This document shows positions 11,654 to 23,399 of a stretch of 64,000 nucleotides of DNA, piece by piece; the stretch's first letter is position 1, and the number at the start of each line of letters is the position of its first letter. Under the pieces are notes generated by a model. That model had not been told where the DNA came from, ran no database searches, and saw nothing but the letters and a program-made list of their open reading frames with translations. This DNA comes from Xylographa opegraphella (Eukaryota): the NCBI GenBank assembly GCA_022813865.1, contig JALDZX010000002.1, forward strand, positions 558,001-622,000. The letters run 5' to 3'. Both the position numbers and the translations under genes were made by a program.

Positions 11654-12390
11654 ATGAACTTCTCGCTATTCAAGACTTTCCCAGAGAACGACTTCTCGTC
11701 CTTACAGCACGTTCTCAGAAGCTCATTCATGACTCGAATGGCTGCGGCAAACATCCTGGAGATTGGTCGAAATGCAATGTCACTCGAGTGCAAAGCTGGT
11801 GCTGTACTCTACCTTAGTCCGGCAAATCAGTTCTTGCCATCTGGAACAACGTCCACTGGGCTCCACGATCATGCATTCGGACAGCCTTGCCTTGTCGTCG
11901 GGCAGATGTTCCAGCACCACGTACAGATCAGCCCCGTGCTTACCGATCGTCCCGCAAATGGAGTCGTGGTCCAACTGTTTACGACTAATCCGTCACAGGC
12001 TAGCAGTTCCGGCGATACGGACACGAATCCATCAATACACGATCAACAACCCGAGCAACCATCTGGGGCACAATCCTACACGCCTATGCATCCTGAACCC
12101 ATGACCTCCAGTGCCAGCATGACCCGCTGGAGTGGGAGCCTCATGGCCACCGGGCCCTGTGTGACGGCTGGTATATCGATGTCTCGACCTGGGGTGTCGT
12201 TCCCCATGCAATGCTCAGCGTCATTATGAATGACGGTGATCCCGAGATCTGTCGGCTTGACTTTGAGAGCGTTAATGTTGTCAGAGACGTCCTGCACGTG
12301 AAACCGCTTACCCAGGAGGCATACACCGCTGAAAATGAACCGAGTGTTGACGATGGGTTGAATGGCTGCTTTTGGAATATGAGGTTCTAG
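11654..12390 (+). pseudogene. PemK/MazF-like paralogue, copy 2, with a -1 frameshift at about 12098-12100 (intron 11936-11998)
   Basis: AMSLECKAGAVLYL...AFGQPCLVV...QISP|ASS...SYTPMHPEP, continuing in another frame as HDLQCQHDPLEW...YIDV...VPHAMLSV...RLDFESV. Collinear with copy 1 and has an intron at the same position and phase. Confidence 0.65.
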
Positions 12391-13981
12391 TGTTTAGATA
12401 GTATGAATGCCAAATTTGCGTGCTGGTTAGGGAAAGTGAGCGGTTTTTTGTGCATTCCCTCGTGCTAGGCCAAGTAATGCTGCAAAGCCTTGCTATGATC
12501 AAGGCATCCATCCTTTAATGGCAGTAAAATTTCGAGTGGCTTACAGGACGTCGTCACAAGCTCAGCCACATCATTGTGAACACATGCCGTAAATGGGTTG
12601 CAATTTATCACGAGAGCCCTATGCAACGATTTTGAGAGAATGAGTGCTTCAATGAACTCATACTGAGTGGTTCAGCATTTCTGATCGGCTAGGACGATGG
12701 CAACGGCCGGTAGGTCGCTGCTGAAGACATCACACTGACTCAAAGAGCTGGTCTACTACTTCACAACGCTTCCCACCCCTTGATTCCCAGGTGAAGCATT
12801 ACTGATTTCTTTGAGCACAGCTGCCTGAGCTTCATTAGCTTTTCATTCTGTTAGATGCGCAGACACAAAATACTGTATAACAGTGCTGCATCTCATAAAA
12901 GCCAAACAACCATGCCGCATACTTCTCAAACATATGTGGGAACACATCCGCAGCAAGTTGTGGTTCTTAAAATTCATAGCTGCTTCGATTTGATTGCACG
13001 AAGAGACCTTATAGTGAACAGGCCGTTGAGACTTTACCACGTCGTCCGTTCATTCCCTTGGCCTTCGACGGGGGACTTTACTTTTGCGAAGAATAGTACC
13101 GTAAGCCTCCTCTCGTGACCATGTACATTTCTCCAGATTCTCGCGGGAGGACCGTGGTAGTCATGGACATCGAAACTAGAATCTTGCAATCACTCGAAAA
13201 GAAAGTTCGGGTACCAAAAGATTGGATGACAGCGATGGGCTTCGGCTCTCGACACTTTTGAGCTCGGAGCAGAATGATGTTTCCTAGCAAGCAGAGTAAA
13301 GCAGATTGGAAAATTCCATCACACAGTAGGATTCCACCCCGCTTTCTCCTTCAACTCAAGGGGAGAATTGTAAGCTGGAACTACCATTCATATATGTGTC
13401 TTGGCTCTCGAGATCCTTCGAACGACAGTATGGTAGTATCTGATAAACCCAATCACGCCTACGATCCAGTCGGCTCCCACGAGATCAAGTCCACGTCTCA
13501 GCTGACAGCCTTTTCGCTCACCCTTGCATGGTACTTCAATTCCGAACTCTTGTGTTGGGCATCACAACGAGCCGCGACTCTTCTAACTTCGCCTTGATGA
13601 TCTATCGACTGGCACGTACGAGAGAGTTTCCGTCAACCTCTCCATTGCTTGGCCGTAGATGCGAAGACGAATCTTCACAGGAATGCCCTCGAAGCTTGTT
13701 CGTTTAGCAGAGTACGTCATCAGTCGGGAAGGTAGTTGAACAGGGAGAACTCGCGAACGAGGGAAAAGTTACAGCACCAAAACCTGTAGTGGCGTCTTGC
13801 GTATTCACATGACTTGTGCTTCAATCAGCTTAGTTGGCTGATGGTACCTGAAGAAGATGATGGAAAGTGAAATAGGCGTGTGAAAGACTCGGGAAAGTGG
13901 TATAGATTTCTCGCCATTTGGCAGATACTCCATTGACTTCACCACTTGGCTCCACGTCTGAATTTATTTCTTACTGTGCGA

Positions 13982-16177
13982 CTACAGAAATGCTATGAGT
14001 GTTTCGAGCATGTCATTTATGGTGGGATCTGCTTCTTTGGCGCTGGCATTGATTCCCGCAAGCTGCTCTTGCAGTGTGCCTTTTATGATAGCCGAGGTCT
14101 CGTCGCGATCGGCCAAGAGTTGCTGTATGTGTGCTCGTGCACCATCGTCTTCAGCAACAAGCCAGGCAAGCGTGGTATCGATCGACTATTCTGAGTTAGA
14201 ATTGCTCGTCCCTATGTCGATGACAGGGAGTGTAACGCGGGGAAACCGCATACCTGCAAAGAGAATAACCCGGCATCAAGCCGCCTCGACAGCCACTCAT
14301 CAGCCATGTCGACGTGTTCTTCAGCAGAGAACGTGGCTCTTTCACTCTTGATTGTTTGGTCTACGTTAGAGAGTCTTGAGCTGTATTCACGGCGCAGCTG
14401 CATCAGTCTGTCGATCTTCTCATAGTTCTTTTCGACGAATTTGCCAAGAAGGCGGATACGAGGTGCCGAATCACCGGGTAGCGAGCGCAGCATGGAGGCA
14501 ATGATACCGAGCAGGTGCTCAGTCGATTGAGTATCAACCTGGCGATGTAAGATGATATGATCAAGTAATTCTCGGCGATTAAACGACTTACCTTTTTCAT
14601 GAACATTGTGAAAATGACTTTCAAGCCTGCCGCCTCTACCAATTTTTCACAGCAAGAAATACCGGTAGGACCTCCAAGAGCATGATCCATAAGCCGCAAC
14701 GCTCGAGGTCGGCTCATCTTTCCCTCTTTCAGCATAATGAGGCAGAGCTCCATGCCCTCACCGTCCAGATACTTTTGCTTCCCTTCTGCCTCGTCGACAG
14801 AACAAGTCACGCAATCAAAGACGTTCTCGACATATTCCTCCTCCTCCGTGCCTTTCGCAGGGTCGCGTTTTCGGTATGCGCTTAGTAGCTGTAGAAAGGC
14901 ATCGATTCCATCCAGTCCTATGAATCGTTTCCGGTTGGTCGCAGAGGTCTGGAGAAGAATGGCAAGGATTTCTGCCGAATACTGCTTGTTCTGACTTACG
15001 GTGGACTCTCGTATTTGTGCGCGAGAGATCAGCCATGGAATCATTCCTTTGTTCTTTCCAATAAGTTCCGCTATTGAGGGTCTTGAGGAGAGACTTTCCA
15101 ATACTCCTAGAGTAAGTCAGACTTGCAATGTGATTTGCCCTAATTGAGTCGAAATGCTTGCCTAATACGTGATATGCACCAATCCTATCTGACTCTACAC
15201 TCTCATCAAACCGCGATAAATTTTGATACAACAAGTCAAGCAGATCAGCATCAAGCTAGCTCTGTATTAGCATCATGGAAACCAAAGATACTGAAGAATT
15301 TAACGTACCAGCGCATCAACCAGTACGTCCCACTGAGCTTGTTCCGCCTCCACATCCTCGTCGATAAGCTCACCAATTATCTCTATCGCATCGATGGCGA
15401 TATCGGTGTTTTCGTGGGACAGAAGCGAGACGAGAGACGACACACATCCCAGTTGAGCAAACTCTTGGTAGAGTTCGGGATGCTCTGATAGGATAGACAA
15501 TGCTTTAACATCGGCGTCTAAATCTGCTTCTGAGCCCATGAACCTGCAACGATCTTGTCAGACGAACCCACCATATATGCACAAGTCCCCACACGTACTT
15601 CTGTGGAGTTGACTCGAATTTTGCTCTTAATTCTGCGTTTTTGGAAATCTTCCTCTCAAAATTCAGTGCTAGTTTCCTCACCCACCCCGAGTCTATCGTT
15701 TCGGGCTTCTGTATGGCGAATCAGCATAGGCCACTTGATTATAAGAAGTGAGGGTTATTATACGGCCACGGCGTCCTGATCCCTCTCGTCTATGAAGTCC
15801 AGGACGTCTGCTGTTTCTGATGTGATTCCACCACCAAAGAATCTACCGTCTTCTTCATTTTCTGCCTCATCCTCCATATCCGGTGGTAAATCTGGGCCCG
15901 CGACATCATCGTCCTCCTCCGGATCATCCTCGACTGTAGTCTGGCCATTCGTCCTTGCATTGGCCTTGTCATTTAGCTTTATCGATTTGTAAATCTCATC
16001 TAAGTGTTGATTAGTCAAGCGGCTATCAATTTTGCAGTGCACGTCTGACTTGGATCTTTGGTTGCGCTCAGCTTTCGCTTCTGACTTGGAATCGTTGGTC
16101 TCTACGCAGATTTATTAGGATCGTTTGAAAGATGTCATGCTCACAAATACCTTGAAGAGATCATCGATGCTCGCCAT
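13982..16177 (-). CDS. CTNNBL1: Beta-catenin-like protein 1 (Prp19 complex-associated), multi-exon
   Basis: MASIDDLFK start; EEDGRFFGGG; FMGSEADLDADVKALSILSEHPELY; NKQYSAEILAILLQ; YRKRDP..EEEEYVENVFDC; LSRRLDAGLFSLQ. Confidence 0.92.
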
Positions 16178-16473
16178 TGTACATATATGTCTTGAAAACT
16201 CCCGCCCCACCACTTGTATACCGCAAGATGAACACCTTCGAATTCTGTTCTCAGAACATCGCGGCTTTTGGGGCTTCGGATTTTGAGATCTTGCCGCCGG
16301 AAGCTAAGCTCCAGTAGGACCGAGGCTCGCGCCTTACAGCGGGTACTCAGCCCTAGCGTTCCATCTCCGCTGGAAAATCGGTCGCGAGCACCAATACGGG
16401 GAGCCATAGTGGAGCTCGATCGAGGCTTTAGTTGAAGCTGTATTGACGAGGAGCTCTGCCCTGTAAGCCTTTT

Positions 16474-18069
16474 ATGCGATCATTACAGCCATCACGGCTG
16501 CTTTTCTATCGATCCTTGCAAGTTCAGCGCGCTCATCAGAGGCAGTCGAGATATGCCCCTCAATCTGGGGTAAGATCCTGCTCGTGCAGCGCTCCACCAC
16601 CTCAGGACACCAAACCTAGTCTCCTGAACTCTACAACCACAAACCCTCCCACTCCCACTTCCGACCATCGAACATTGGGTACCGCCCTTGATCTCTTCAG
16701 CACGAGCCGATTCAGTCCGGGATCACCTCTCTTCCACCCCGATGGAGCCCATGTCTTCCAGAAACTGCAGTCCTTCCTCAGAGCGCAATACGTAACTTTC
16801 GGGTTCCGGGAAGTCATCACGCCGACCATCTACAAACAGTCACTATGGGAACTATCCGGGCATTGGGAGAACTACAAAGATGACATGTTCGAGGTAACCG
16901 GGCGCGGTGCGGCAGGGGGCATTGCGGACGGCAAGAAGATAGAGATCGGCGAGGATGAAAAATATGGCTTGAAGCCGATGAATTGCCCTGGTCACTGCCT
17001 GCTCTTCAAGTCCCAGAAGAGAAGCTTCCGCGATCTACCAATCCGGTATGCGGATTTCAGCGCGCTGCATAGGAACGAGATATCTGGTGCTCTCAGCGGG
17101 TTGACCCGAGTACGTCGATTCCATCAAGACGATGGCCATATATTCTGCCGACCTTCCCAAATCGGCGAAGAGATTACCAAAACCCTACAATTCGTGGGAT
17201 TGGTGTATGGTACATTCGGACTTGGACCTTACAAGCTCGTGTTAAGCACAAGGCCGAAGGATCAGTTCATGGGGACAGTCGAGGAGTGGGACCGAGCAGA
17301 AGCTCAGCTGACGGAAGCTCTAAACAAAAGCGGTCGCGAATGGGTCGTGAACGAAGGAGATGGTGCCTTCTACGGGCCGAAAATCGACATCATCTTGAAA
17401 GACAGCGATAGGAAAGAACACCAAACGGCGACAATCCAGCTGGACTTCCAACTCCCGCAGCGATTCGGTCTGACCTACCAAGCCCCAGCGCCCGACCTCG
17501 AAAGCAAGGGTCTTACCACCACCGACCCAGAACTGCTCGCCCATTCGGGCGACGTCATCCCCGTGATCATTCATCGCGCGATCCTCGGCTCCCTGGAACG
17601 CTTCATGGCACTGCTGATCGAGCACTACAGAGGCCGCTGGCCGTTCTGGCTGAGCCCTCGACAGGGCATCATTCTAGTGGTCGGCGAAGATAAGCGGGTG
17701 ACGGATTATGCGGAGAAAGTAGTCAACGTCGTCAATCGCCTTCGCGCCAACGATGACAAACCACGACCGCGACCCTTGAGCGCGGCCCACTTCACAATCG
17801 ATATCGACTCGAGCGGCCGGTCCATTGCCAAGAAGCTGGCGGAAGCGAAATCGAAGCGCTATAATCTCATCTTTGTCGTCGGTCCCAAGGAAGCCGCCGC
17901 CGAGACGCTGATGTTGGATCTGACGGGACAGCCACATACCAAACGGGTAATGGACATGCTGAAGACTCTGCCCCTCAGCGATCCCAAACTGGACAACCAC
18001 CGGGCTGTCGTGATGAAGGCGAGGGACTTGCAAGGCATCATGCGGCTACTCTGTGATAAATTCTGGTAG
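16474..18069 (+). CDS. MST1: Mitochondrial threonyl-tRNA synthetase
   Basis: Arg/Ser-rich presequence; SGHWENY, LKPMNCPGHC, HRNE.SGALSGLTRVRRF.QDD, GAFYGPKID, TIQLDFQLP and HRAILGSLERF; no N-terminal editing domain. Confidence 0.95.
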   Translation: MRSLQPSRLLFYRSLQVQRAHQRQSRYAPQSGVRSCSCSAPPPQDTKPSLLNSTTTNPPTPTSDHRTLGTALDLFSTSRFSPGSPLFHPDGAHVFQKLQSFLRAQYVTFGFREVITPTIYKQSLWELSGHWENYKDDMFEVTGRGAAGGIADGKKIEIGEDEKYGLKPMNCPGHCLLFKSQKRSFRDLPIRYADFSALHRNEISGALSGLTRVRRFHQDDGHIFCRPSQIGEEITKTLQFVGLVYGTFGLGPYKLVLSTRPKDQFMGTVEEWDRAEAQLTEALNKSGREWVVNEGDGAFYGPKIDIILKDSDRKEHQTATIQLDFQLPQRFGLTYQAPAPDLESKGLTTTDPELLAHSGDVIPVIIHRAILGSLERFMALLIEHYRGRWPFWLSPRQGIILVVGEDKRVTDYAEKVVNVVNRLRANDDKPRPRPLSAAHFTIDIDSSGRSIAKKLAEAKSKRYNLIFVVGPKEAAAETLMLDLTGQPHTKRVMDMLKTLPLSDPKLDNHRAVVMKARDLQGIMRLLCDKFW

Positions 18070-18162
18070 TATCATTGTATACAGCCATGGGAGAGCTTCC
18101 ATGATTCTCGACGATGAAGTGGAAATACCAGTACATTGCCCTCATGACCATCTCTCGACATC

Positions 18163-19278
18163 CTAGTCCAGATCCGCAATCTTCAGCACCGCCTTCCCGA
18201 AGTTCTTCCCTTCCAGCATGCCCACAAACGCCGTCGCCGCATTGTCGATCCCCACCGTCACGTCTTCCTTCACCTTGAAGCTGCCGTCATGTATCCACTT
18301 CGCCATGTTCTCATTGAACTCCTTGCCATACTTGGGGCCCATGTTTGCATCTGACACGATAAAGCCCTGAATCGTCAGGCGTTTGCCGATGACATGAAAT
18401 AGATTCTTGACGCCGTATCGCTCTTCCGGCTTCTGATTGTAACCCGTTATCATGCCGCAAGACACTTCGTTGTCGTTAGCCCATCTCCTCACCACAACGA
18501 CCCTTCCCGCCTGAGAATACTCACCGATCCGTCCCCAGTCCGCCATAGCCTCCAGCGCAGCCTCGAGCTGCTCCCCACCCACGTTGTCATAATAGATATC
18601 CACCCCCTTCGGCGCCAGTCTCTGTAACGCCTCGCTCGGCTTCTCCTTCTTATAGTTGAAGCCCCCATCGAAGCCTAGGTTCTTCACAATAAAATCCAGC
18701 TTCTCATCGCTCCCCACACTACCAATCACCGTCAGACCCTCATGCTTCGCGATCTGCCCCACAATCTGCCCCACGGCGCCACTGGCAGCGGACACGAAAA
18801 TCGTTTCCCCTTTCTTCGGCTTCCCGATCGCGTACAGCGAGCTATACGCCGTCAGGCCCGGCATGCCCAGGGCGCCGACATACACGCTGGTATCGAGCTT
18901 GTACGGGTTCTCGAGTGGCCGCAGCCCCGCCGCCTGGGCCGCCGGCACGACGCTATATTCGGCGATGGGGAGCATGCCGACTACCAGATCGCCCGGGTTG
19001 AATTTGGGGTTGGCGGACTTGATCACCTTGGCAATGCAGTTGTTGGAGAGGGGTCCATGGAGATCGAAGGGTTGAGCGTAGTATTTCGTCGAGGGCAGCC
19101 GCAACTTGCCGCGCAGGTAGGGGTCGAGCGACGCGTAGATCTGTTTGGTGAGGAGGCCGTCTTTGGGAAGTTCGGTGGTGTCGATATCGAGCGGACGGTC
19201 TTCGATGGTGATGTGCTCGCCCGGCACGGGGAAGGTGGTGGGCGGCTTGGAAAAGATGAGAGCTTTGTTTTGGACCAT
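18163..19278 (-). CDS. NADP-dependent alkenal/prostaglandin reductase-like MDR oxidoreductase (in-frame intron 18465-18524)
   Basis: SLDPYLRG, GALGMPGLTAY, VSAASGAVGQIVGQ, GVDIYYDNVGG and GKNFGKAV motifs. Confidence 0.92.
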   Translation of the reverse strand: MVQNKALIFSKPPTTFPVPGEHITIEDRPLDIDTTELPKDGLLTKQIYASLDPYLRGKLRLPSTKYYAQPFDLHGPLSNNCIAKVIKSANPKFNPGDLVVGMLPIAEYSVVPAAQAAGLRPLENPYKLDTSVYVGALGMPGLTAYSSLYAIGKPKKGETIFVSAASGAVGQIVGQIAKHEGLTVIGSVGSDEKLDFIVKNLGFDGGFNYKKEKPSEALQRLAPKGVDIYYDNVGGEQLEAALEAMADWGRIGEYSQAGRVVVVRRWANDNEVSCGMITGYNQKPEERYGVKNLFHVIGKRLTIQGFIVSDANMGPKYGKEFNENMAKWIHDGSFKVKEDVTVGIDNAATAFVGMLEGKNFGKAVLKIADLD

Positions 19279-19740
19279 GGCTGCTGATAGGGATGGAATT
19301 TGACGGAGATTTGGATCGGGGTACAAAATGGGGCTTCGGAGATGGGCGGAGGTTATAGAGCAAAGATGGGACGACAGAGAAAATTGTGCGCGTATAAGAC
19401 AACAAAGTGAGGCAAGTCAAACTTTCAGAAATTGATTAGCAACCGACGAGATTGGTAATCGTAAAGGCCACGCGTGGTGGAACCTCATATTCACGCAGAG
19501 GTGACATGACCTCAGGTGGGGCCAGCGTCACGTCATCCGTGCGATCTCTCCGGGCCTCAACAGCTACGGCGGGCGATCATCTAGGGGAGCCGCGTTTCGT
19601 GACGGACGATGAGACGAGAATTTGAAGTTTTTCGGAGTGTGTTCCGTTTGTGGAAAGGGCTGCCTCGGTTGGAAACCCTAAACCTAAGAGCTAAATTGTG
19701 TGTAGTAATTGTGAGGTAAGCGTGCAGTGTCAGCCGCTGA

Positions 19741-19788
19741 CCTTATGGCCGAAGCTCACCTTATGGCCGAAGCTCACCTTATGGCCGA
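19741..19788. repeat. Tandem repeat, 18-bp unit CCTTATGGCCGAAGCTCA, about 2.7 copies
   Basis: Perfect copies at 19741 and 19759, partial copy at 19777. Confidence 0.95.
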
Positions 19789-20543
19789 GATTCTGCTCTG
19801 CATGGATCTGTTTGTGCCTCGGTATAGGCTTCACGATCTCAGTATTGGCTTCTGGTGTTTGCCTTAAATATTCTGTATTACGCGTTTCTAGAAAGCTGAA
19901 TATCCAAATTAAATACTTTCATGTAACAGAGTAATCCATTTATGATGCTTCGTACTTCTGGTGTTTAAAAGCCGCGATATCCTAAGAGTTCTCCGAAGCT
20001 AGTGATCTTAGCAAAGAGCAGCTCTTTTCTCGATTCGAGCATATGAATTTCTATAGACGAGCAGGTATCTCGTCGACACATGATACATCATATTTTTCAA
20101 GCAGGATCAGTTCGAATTTCAATTTATGGCGGCAGAAACCATTGTATTGGATATTCTCATGTTTTTAAGGACGTAAACTTGCCTAATTGGAGTATTTCGA
20201 AGTCCTTTGCCCTGCCTTATTGTGAAAAATTGAACGGGTATAATTATTTGCATTGAAAGCAATAATGAACTAATCTAGGGCTTCGCCATCAATATACTCT
20301 GGACCAGCTACCAATGGAATTATGTCATAGAAAGAGAAGAACGAAGCCCCATACGCCATCTGCTACATCCTCCCATCACCAGGTGGCCACACTTGCCCTC
20401 GCAGTGTCCTTCGGATACGCCACCCTCGGCGCTCGAGATTCTAGGCTTCTAGTTCCAACACTTACTATAGGATATCGCTGCGAACTACAAGTAGATTCAC
20501 ATCACACTACCTTTTTAAACGAACCACGCGAGTATGAGGTTTT

Positions 20544-22134
20544 TCACCGCTTGCCTCGCCTGCCAGAGTCCGTGCTGTGCGATCCTTTCCGCTTCTGGGT
20601 GAACAAGGTGATAGCTTCTCCGGCGGGTTCTGGGCTTGCAGGGGAAGCTACCTCAGGGGACTCGGACTCGTTACTGCGAGTCAAATTCTGATCTGAATGA
20701 TCAGATTCTGTGTCGCTGGAGGAGGCGGCCGAGTCTAGATAATCAGGAATTGCACACACTCGATCCAGGATGGGGACTACGCCGCGAATGGTATTGATAT
20801 CGTACCGCAATCGACCTTCTATGTTGCCGAACGAAGACAATAGTTGCAATCTGAGATCGGTCGCACGCTTTAGTCTCTTCGCTGCGTCCTCTACCGTATC
20901 AAAGAAGTCGGAGGGTGATGGAACCCGCGGGGGGGAAGACAGGTCATACCTTGGATCCAGGCAGGCGGGCAACTCGTCAGTGTCCGTTACGTGGGAAGTG
21001 TTGAAAAGGAAATCGACTGCTTCCCCATAGTCGCCTTGCTTTCGAACTGCTCGGAGGCCATCTCGATCACCAGGTTTTACGTGATACGGCATGTTCGTTG
21101 GCGGTTTGGGCATGGCCCACATCAGCGACTGGAGATCTCCTTGTCGAATATATTGTCGCTTTTTCCTGACTGCAGTTACCATGAGATTGCTGAGCACCCA
21201 ATCCCAGCTGGGTAGATGATGGGCGGTAGTCAAATCCCAAATGACGCCGGGTGGACCTTCAAACCGTTTCGCGACGGCTATCAGTTCCTCCGAGTAAAGA
21301 GCCTCCAGTCTTGGGTCATCCAATGAGGGGGAATTGACGAAACTGGTTTCCAATAGCTCGCGTATTCTCTCTCGAAAAGGTATAGTATCTTCCCATTGAT
21401 AACCCCCAGGGATTTCGAATCTTCCATGATTCCGGCATTCCACTGGATCGTTGACACGATTGGCCAGTCCCATGTCAACAAGAATTACCCGTGGAAATGC
21501 TTCTGCTCGTTTTCTGGCTTCGTCGCTTAAACCGCTCAAATATTCGGGATCCGGGAAGTGAAATATTATATTATCCTCGTGGCCGTCGCGATGAACGATA
21601 GGCACCCAGTCCTCTCCCTCGACTCTTTTTTTTCCGTCAATAATGCCATAATGTAGGTATGCGAACGCACGAATGCATTGCTCAATATAATGCCAAATGA
21701 AGGACTCTGGACTAGGTAGAAAGCGCGTCAGTAGTGTCTCGAGCCAAGACTGGTCTTACCCACATAGCCTTCTTTAGACTACTGAACTTTTCCAGGAGCT
21801 GTTTGTGCGTTCCTCCGTTGTAAGCGACTGTATATGTTATCCAGCTATCATCATTGAGCTCGAAGTGGTCAATGACACGAGCAAAAAAAGATGCAAGTGG
21901 AAATGGTTTCTCATCAGCTAAATTAGAGTACCGTACTTCGCCAGGGACTCCGGGGAAATAATGATGTGCCGACGGTATTCTTTTACGAATGTAGTTTATT
22001 TGGTCGTCGAGTGAATGCACGAGACAGACACCAGTATCGTGACCTGTTTCAAAGCAGCGAAGCAGTAAATAGCCCTGCGGATGTGCTTCATCGTGATCAA
22101 AGAACTTGACTGCAGGGTAATGAAAACCCGACAT
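20544..22134 (-). CDS. Divergent protein kinase-like protein, 2 exons (intron about 21711-21762)
   Basis: YIRK (beta3 Lys equivalent), IPESFIWHYIEQCIRAFAYLHYG, PIVHRDGHEDNI (catalytic loop), VILVDMGLA (DFG-like), YSEELI. Confidence 0.8.
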
Positions 22135-23399
22135 CTGGAGGTTCAGCTTTCAAATGTACGACCTTAGCGTCGCACATAAGAAGCGCACCTAGAAGGTCCG
22201 CATACAAACCTGTGGTACATAATACTTATCTAGGTAAAGTCTGTGTCAAGTATGTTGGACAAAGCAGGAGTTCCAGTACCGCTCTGACTGGAAGCCGGAT
22301 CCGGCATAAATGATTGGTACATAGGTAAATTTACGAGAAAGCACCCCAAAAGACGAAACATATCGAACAAAAGGTTTGAGCGCACCCCAAAAGAAGAAGA
22401 ATTGTTGTAGAACTGGCATCAAAAAGCTACTGGTAGCGCTAACGACTGGAGACATATATCAAGCGCTGGCGGCGGTGTGATGAACTCATGTAATTTATCG
22501 ACGCAAGAAGAATCGCAATAGTCAAATGAAGAAAACAATTATAAGAAATACATACAGTCACAGACTGAAGATGATATACAAAGTAGGTAGAGTAACAAGA
22601 TGGTATGACGTCCCGTAGAGCTCGCACATTTCCGAAAGAGCTTGCTCTGTAGCCCCTCACCTCTATCAGTTTGGCACAACTCAATTGTTGGTGCCATATG
22701 TAGAAGCAGCAGATGGCCGTTGCATCAGCACATGGAGCTGTTGCGATAACGGCAACGAGATCAACAGCCACGACCGCCATGTGCTTGCGCTGATATGTCG
22801 AATTACATTGTGTGAAACCGATGTGAATTCAAGGTCGCCACAGAAGTAGAGTGATAAGATCTGATAATTAGTGTATTGAGGCCTAGTGCTCCTTTGGCAT
22901 ATATAACTGAAAATGCCCTATGTTGAGGTGCGTGGGTGACATGCGAACCAGTGTGGTAAAGTCCAGACTGATGAGACAAGGAGATTGCCTGCTGCAGATG
23001 TAGAGAACCCACAGTTCCACCTTAACAGGAGGTCTCGGGCTATAGGATGCATTCGACATGGGTGACCGCTGCCCTCTGCTGTCTGGTGTTACGCTCGTGG
23101 TAAGTTGTTGTTGTACTGTCAAGAAAGGCTTCCTTGGCCTAGTCCAGTCCTATCGAACACGCCCGAAATCATCTGGGGTATTCTAAGACCTTTCAAGGCG
23201 AAAAATGGGGCTTTACTTTACGAGAAGTTGTGATGTACAGATCATGCTTTTTCATTTCCACCTCCGAGGAGTGCAGTATAAGTGGATCGCTAAATCGCAA
23301 TACAATCGAGAAGCCACATCCAGAAGCCACATCCTATTCGCCAGAGCGTGCATGCCACCCGCATTCCCACACCCATACTATTTCCACTCTCAAACAGCC

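Noticed and set aside
19674..19687. AAACCCTAAACCTA telomere-like sequence
   Set aside because: Only about two imperfect units.
19741..19788. 18-bp repeats here and at 33821 as CRISPR-like arrays
   Set aside because: Head-to-tail repeats with no spacers in eukaryotic DNA.
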